Assembly (NCBI GenBank): GCA_904063045.1
Contig: CAJFCJ010000009.1
Location: 600,942 to 664,941 of the forward strand
DNA: 64,000 nt
Source of the DNA: Dimorphilus gyrociliatus
Taxonomy: Eukaryota > Animalia > Annelida
Reading direction: 5' to 3'
The first letter of the stretch is position 1; every line of letters starts with the position of its first letter. Below the pieces are notes generated by a model. That model saw only the letters and a program-made list of their open reading frames with translations, ran no database searches and was not told where the DNA came from. Below are positions 62,619-64,000 of this stretch, piece after piece. A program made the translations under genes and the position numbers.

Positions 62619-64000
62619 ATCTGTATAGACAGTATATATATAAAGAGGGACAGAGAAGGAAAACACTAATGAAATTCACTTATCGTATTTAATAAAGATC
62701 TCACTATCTTTGTTTTGTTTTGTGTCTATTAACATTTTGCCGTTCACACTTTGTACGTAACCTCTTTTTTTTCTTAAAATGATAAATAGGTTGTGACCTA
62801 TTTTAAGTTCAAATAAAAAGAGTGTTTCGAAACAAGCTATAAAACTGCAAACACGGACTGATTTCTATAAGAAAAGTGTACATTTTACGATTCTACCTGT
62901 ATACACCCACATACGCTTATATTTGCGTATTATACTACATATATGATGTTTTGATTCAATGCAAAGACATGATTAATTGATAAAAAGAACGAAAAAATAA
63001 ACACTTGTATTGATGTAAGAAGATGATGTCTTTCTCATTCCCTCTTTGTCCCTTAATACTTTTCTTATAGTTAGAAAATGTATATCATGGGAACTGATAA
63101 TCGTTTTACTTTGACGGCTTTTAGACTATAAGTACTTATCTGGAAGACTACAACCCTTCAGAATTATTAAATCTTGTATATATCTAGCAAACGCACAAAA
63201 ATTTACGTAAATGATAAAAAATATCATATGATTTATAGTTATGGGAGGATCAACGTAACGATTTATATGATGCGGAATATGATTTTCTTCATTTTACTAT
63301 GTAATCGATAAAACTTGCATGCTATCCTAACGTTATATTGCATACTTCAGTCATTAATATCAAATTCTTTCTTATCTATTAGTAAATACAAATCTTAAAT
63401 TTAACTCCATTGCCAATTGATTAGTTTAGTTTTAATTATTCTTTCACTATTAGCAAGAGCAGGTATAATCGAAATGAATAAGATCTAAAGAAAATAATAG
63501 AATGCAACAAGTCGTTTTCATTACATATTCCATTTGTAGATTATCTATAACAAAAATATAATTATCTCTGTCTACGGTGGAATAGATTTGAGAAATAAAT
63601 AGAGAGAGAAGAGGAGGGGGATGAGGAGAAGGAGAAAATAAAAATAGAGAAAGTTAGGAACCAACAAAACGGAAAAGATAGAGAGAGAGAGAGAGATCGA
63701 AAGAGAGAAAATATATGATATACCTCACAGAATGACAATTATATTCATCTATAGAAATCCTACATTAATAGATATTCTCTATAATCGAAAGACATAAATA
63801 ATGTAACAAAAAAAAATTATTGTAAGCATATTACACATTTCCTGCTAATTAAATCATTTTCCTTTTATAAATGCACGTAAACTTTACTTTTTGATCGATA
63901 AGCCCGTTTAGACCGATACTAAGCTTTCAAAACCCTAAATAATTGAGTAGTGTGAACTTTTATTTTTTATTTTAATAACTACTTTAGACAGAATATTGAA

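Overview
AT-rich, gene-dense eukaryotic (bilaterian invertebrate) DNA with mostly 50-100 nt GT-AG introns. The style resembles a compacted annelid-type genome, but the species cannot be established from sequence alone. I assembled 16 protein-coding gene models by hand from splice sites and reading frame. In order: Drgx homeobox (partial, -), USP53/54-like deubiquitinase (-), TRPN/NOMPC channel (-), C-type lectin/TSP1/PAN receptor (+), Yippee-like (-), ankyrin-SOCS box protein (+), DDX24 (-), GHITM (+), NHL-like beta-propeller (+), COA4 (-), multi-C2H2 zinc finger (+), orphan coiled-coil (-), PPP1R27-like (+), a small Cys-rich secreted precursor absent from the ORF track (+), penta-EF-hand protein (+), then Kv-beta/Hyperkinetic (+) and MEC-2-like stomatin (+). 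Top leads: (1) the Kv-beta stop codon is UGA-CUAG, followed 8 nt later by a GC hairpin and a 35-codon in-frame extension ending in a CaaX box (CSVM), suggesting readthrough that adds a prenyl anchor; (2) a 4-exon prepropeptide with a cationic 8-Cys mature peptide; (3) a 124-bp TA-flanked inverted-repeat element interrupting the lectin receptor ORF, whose removal restores the frame; (4) a candidate 6-nt microexon and a ~400-aa Lys/Glu-rich N-terminal extension in TRPN. No rRNA, tRNA or CRISPR array was found. All homology calls come from recognising motifs by eye, not from database searches.
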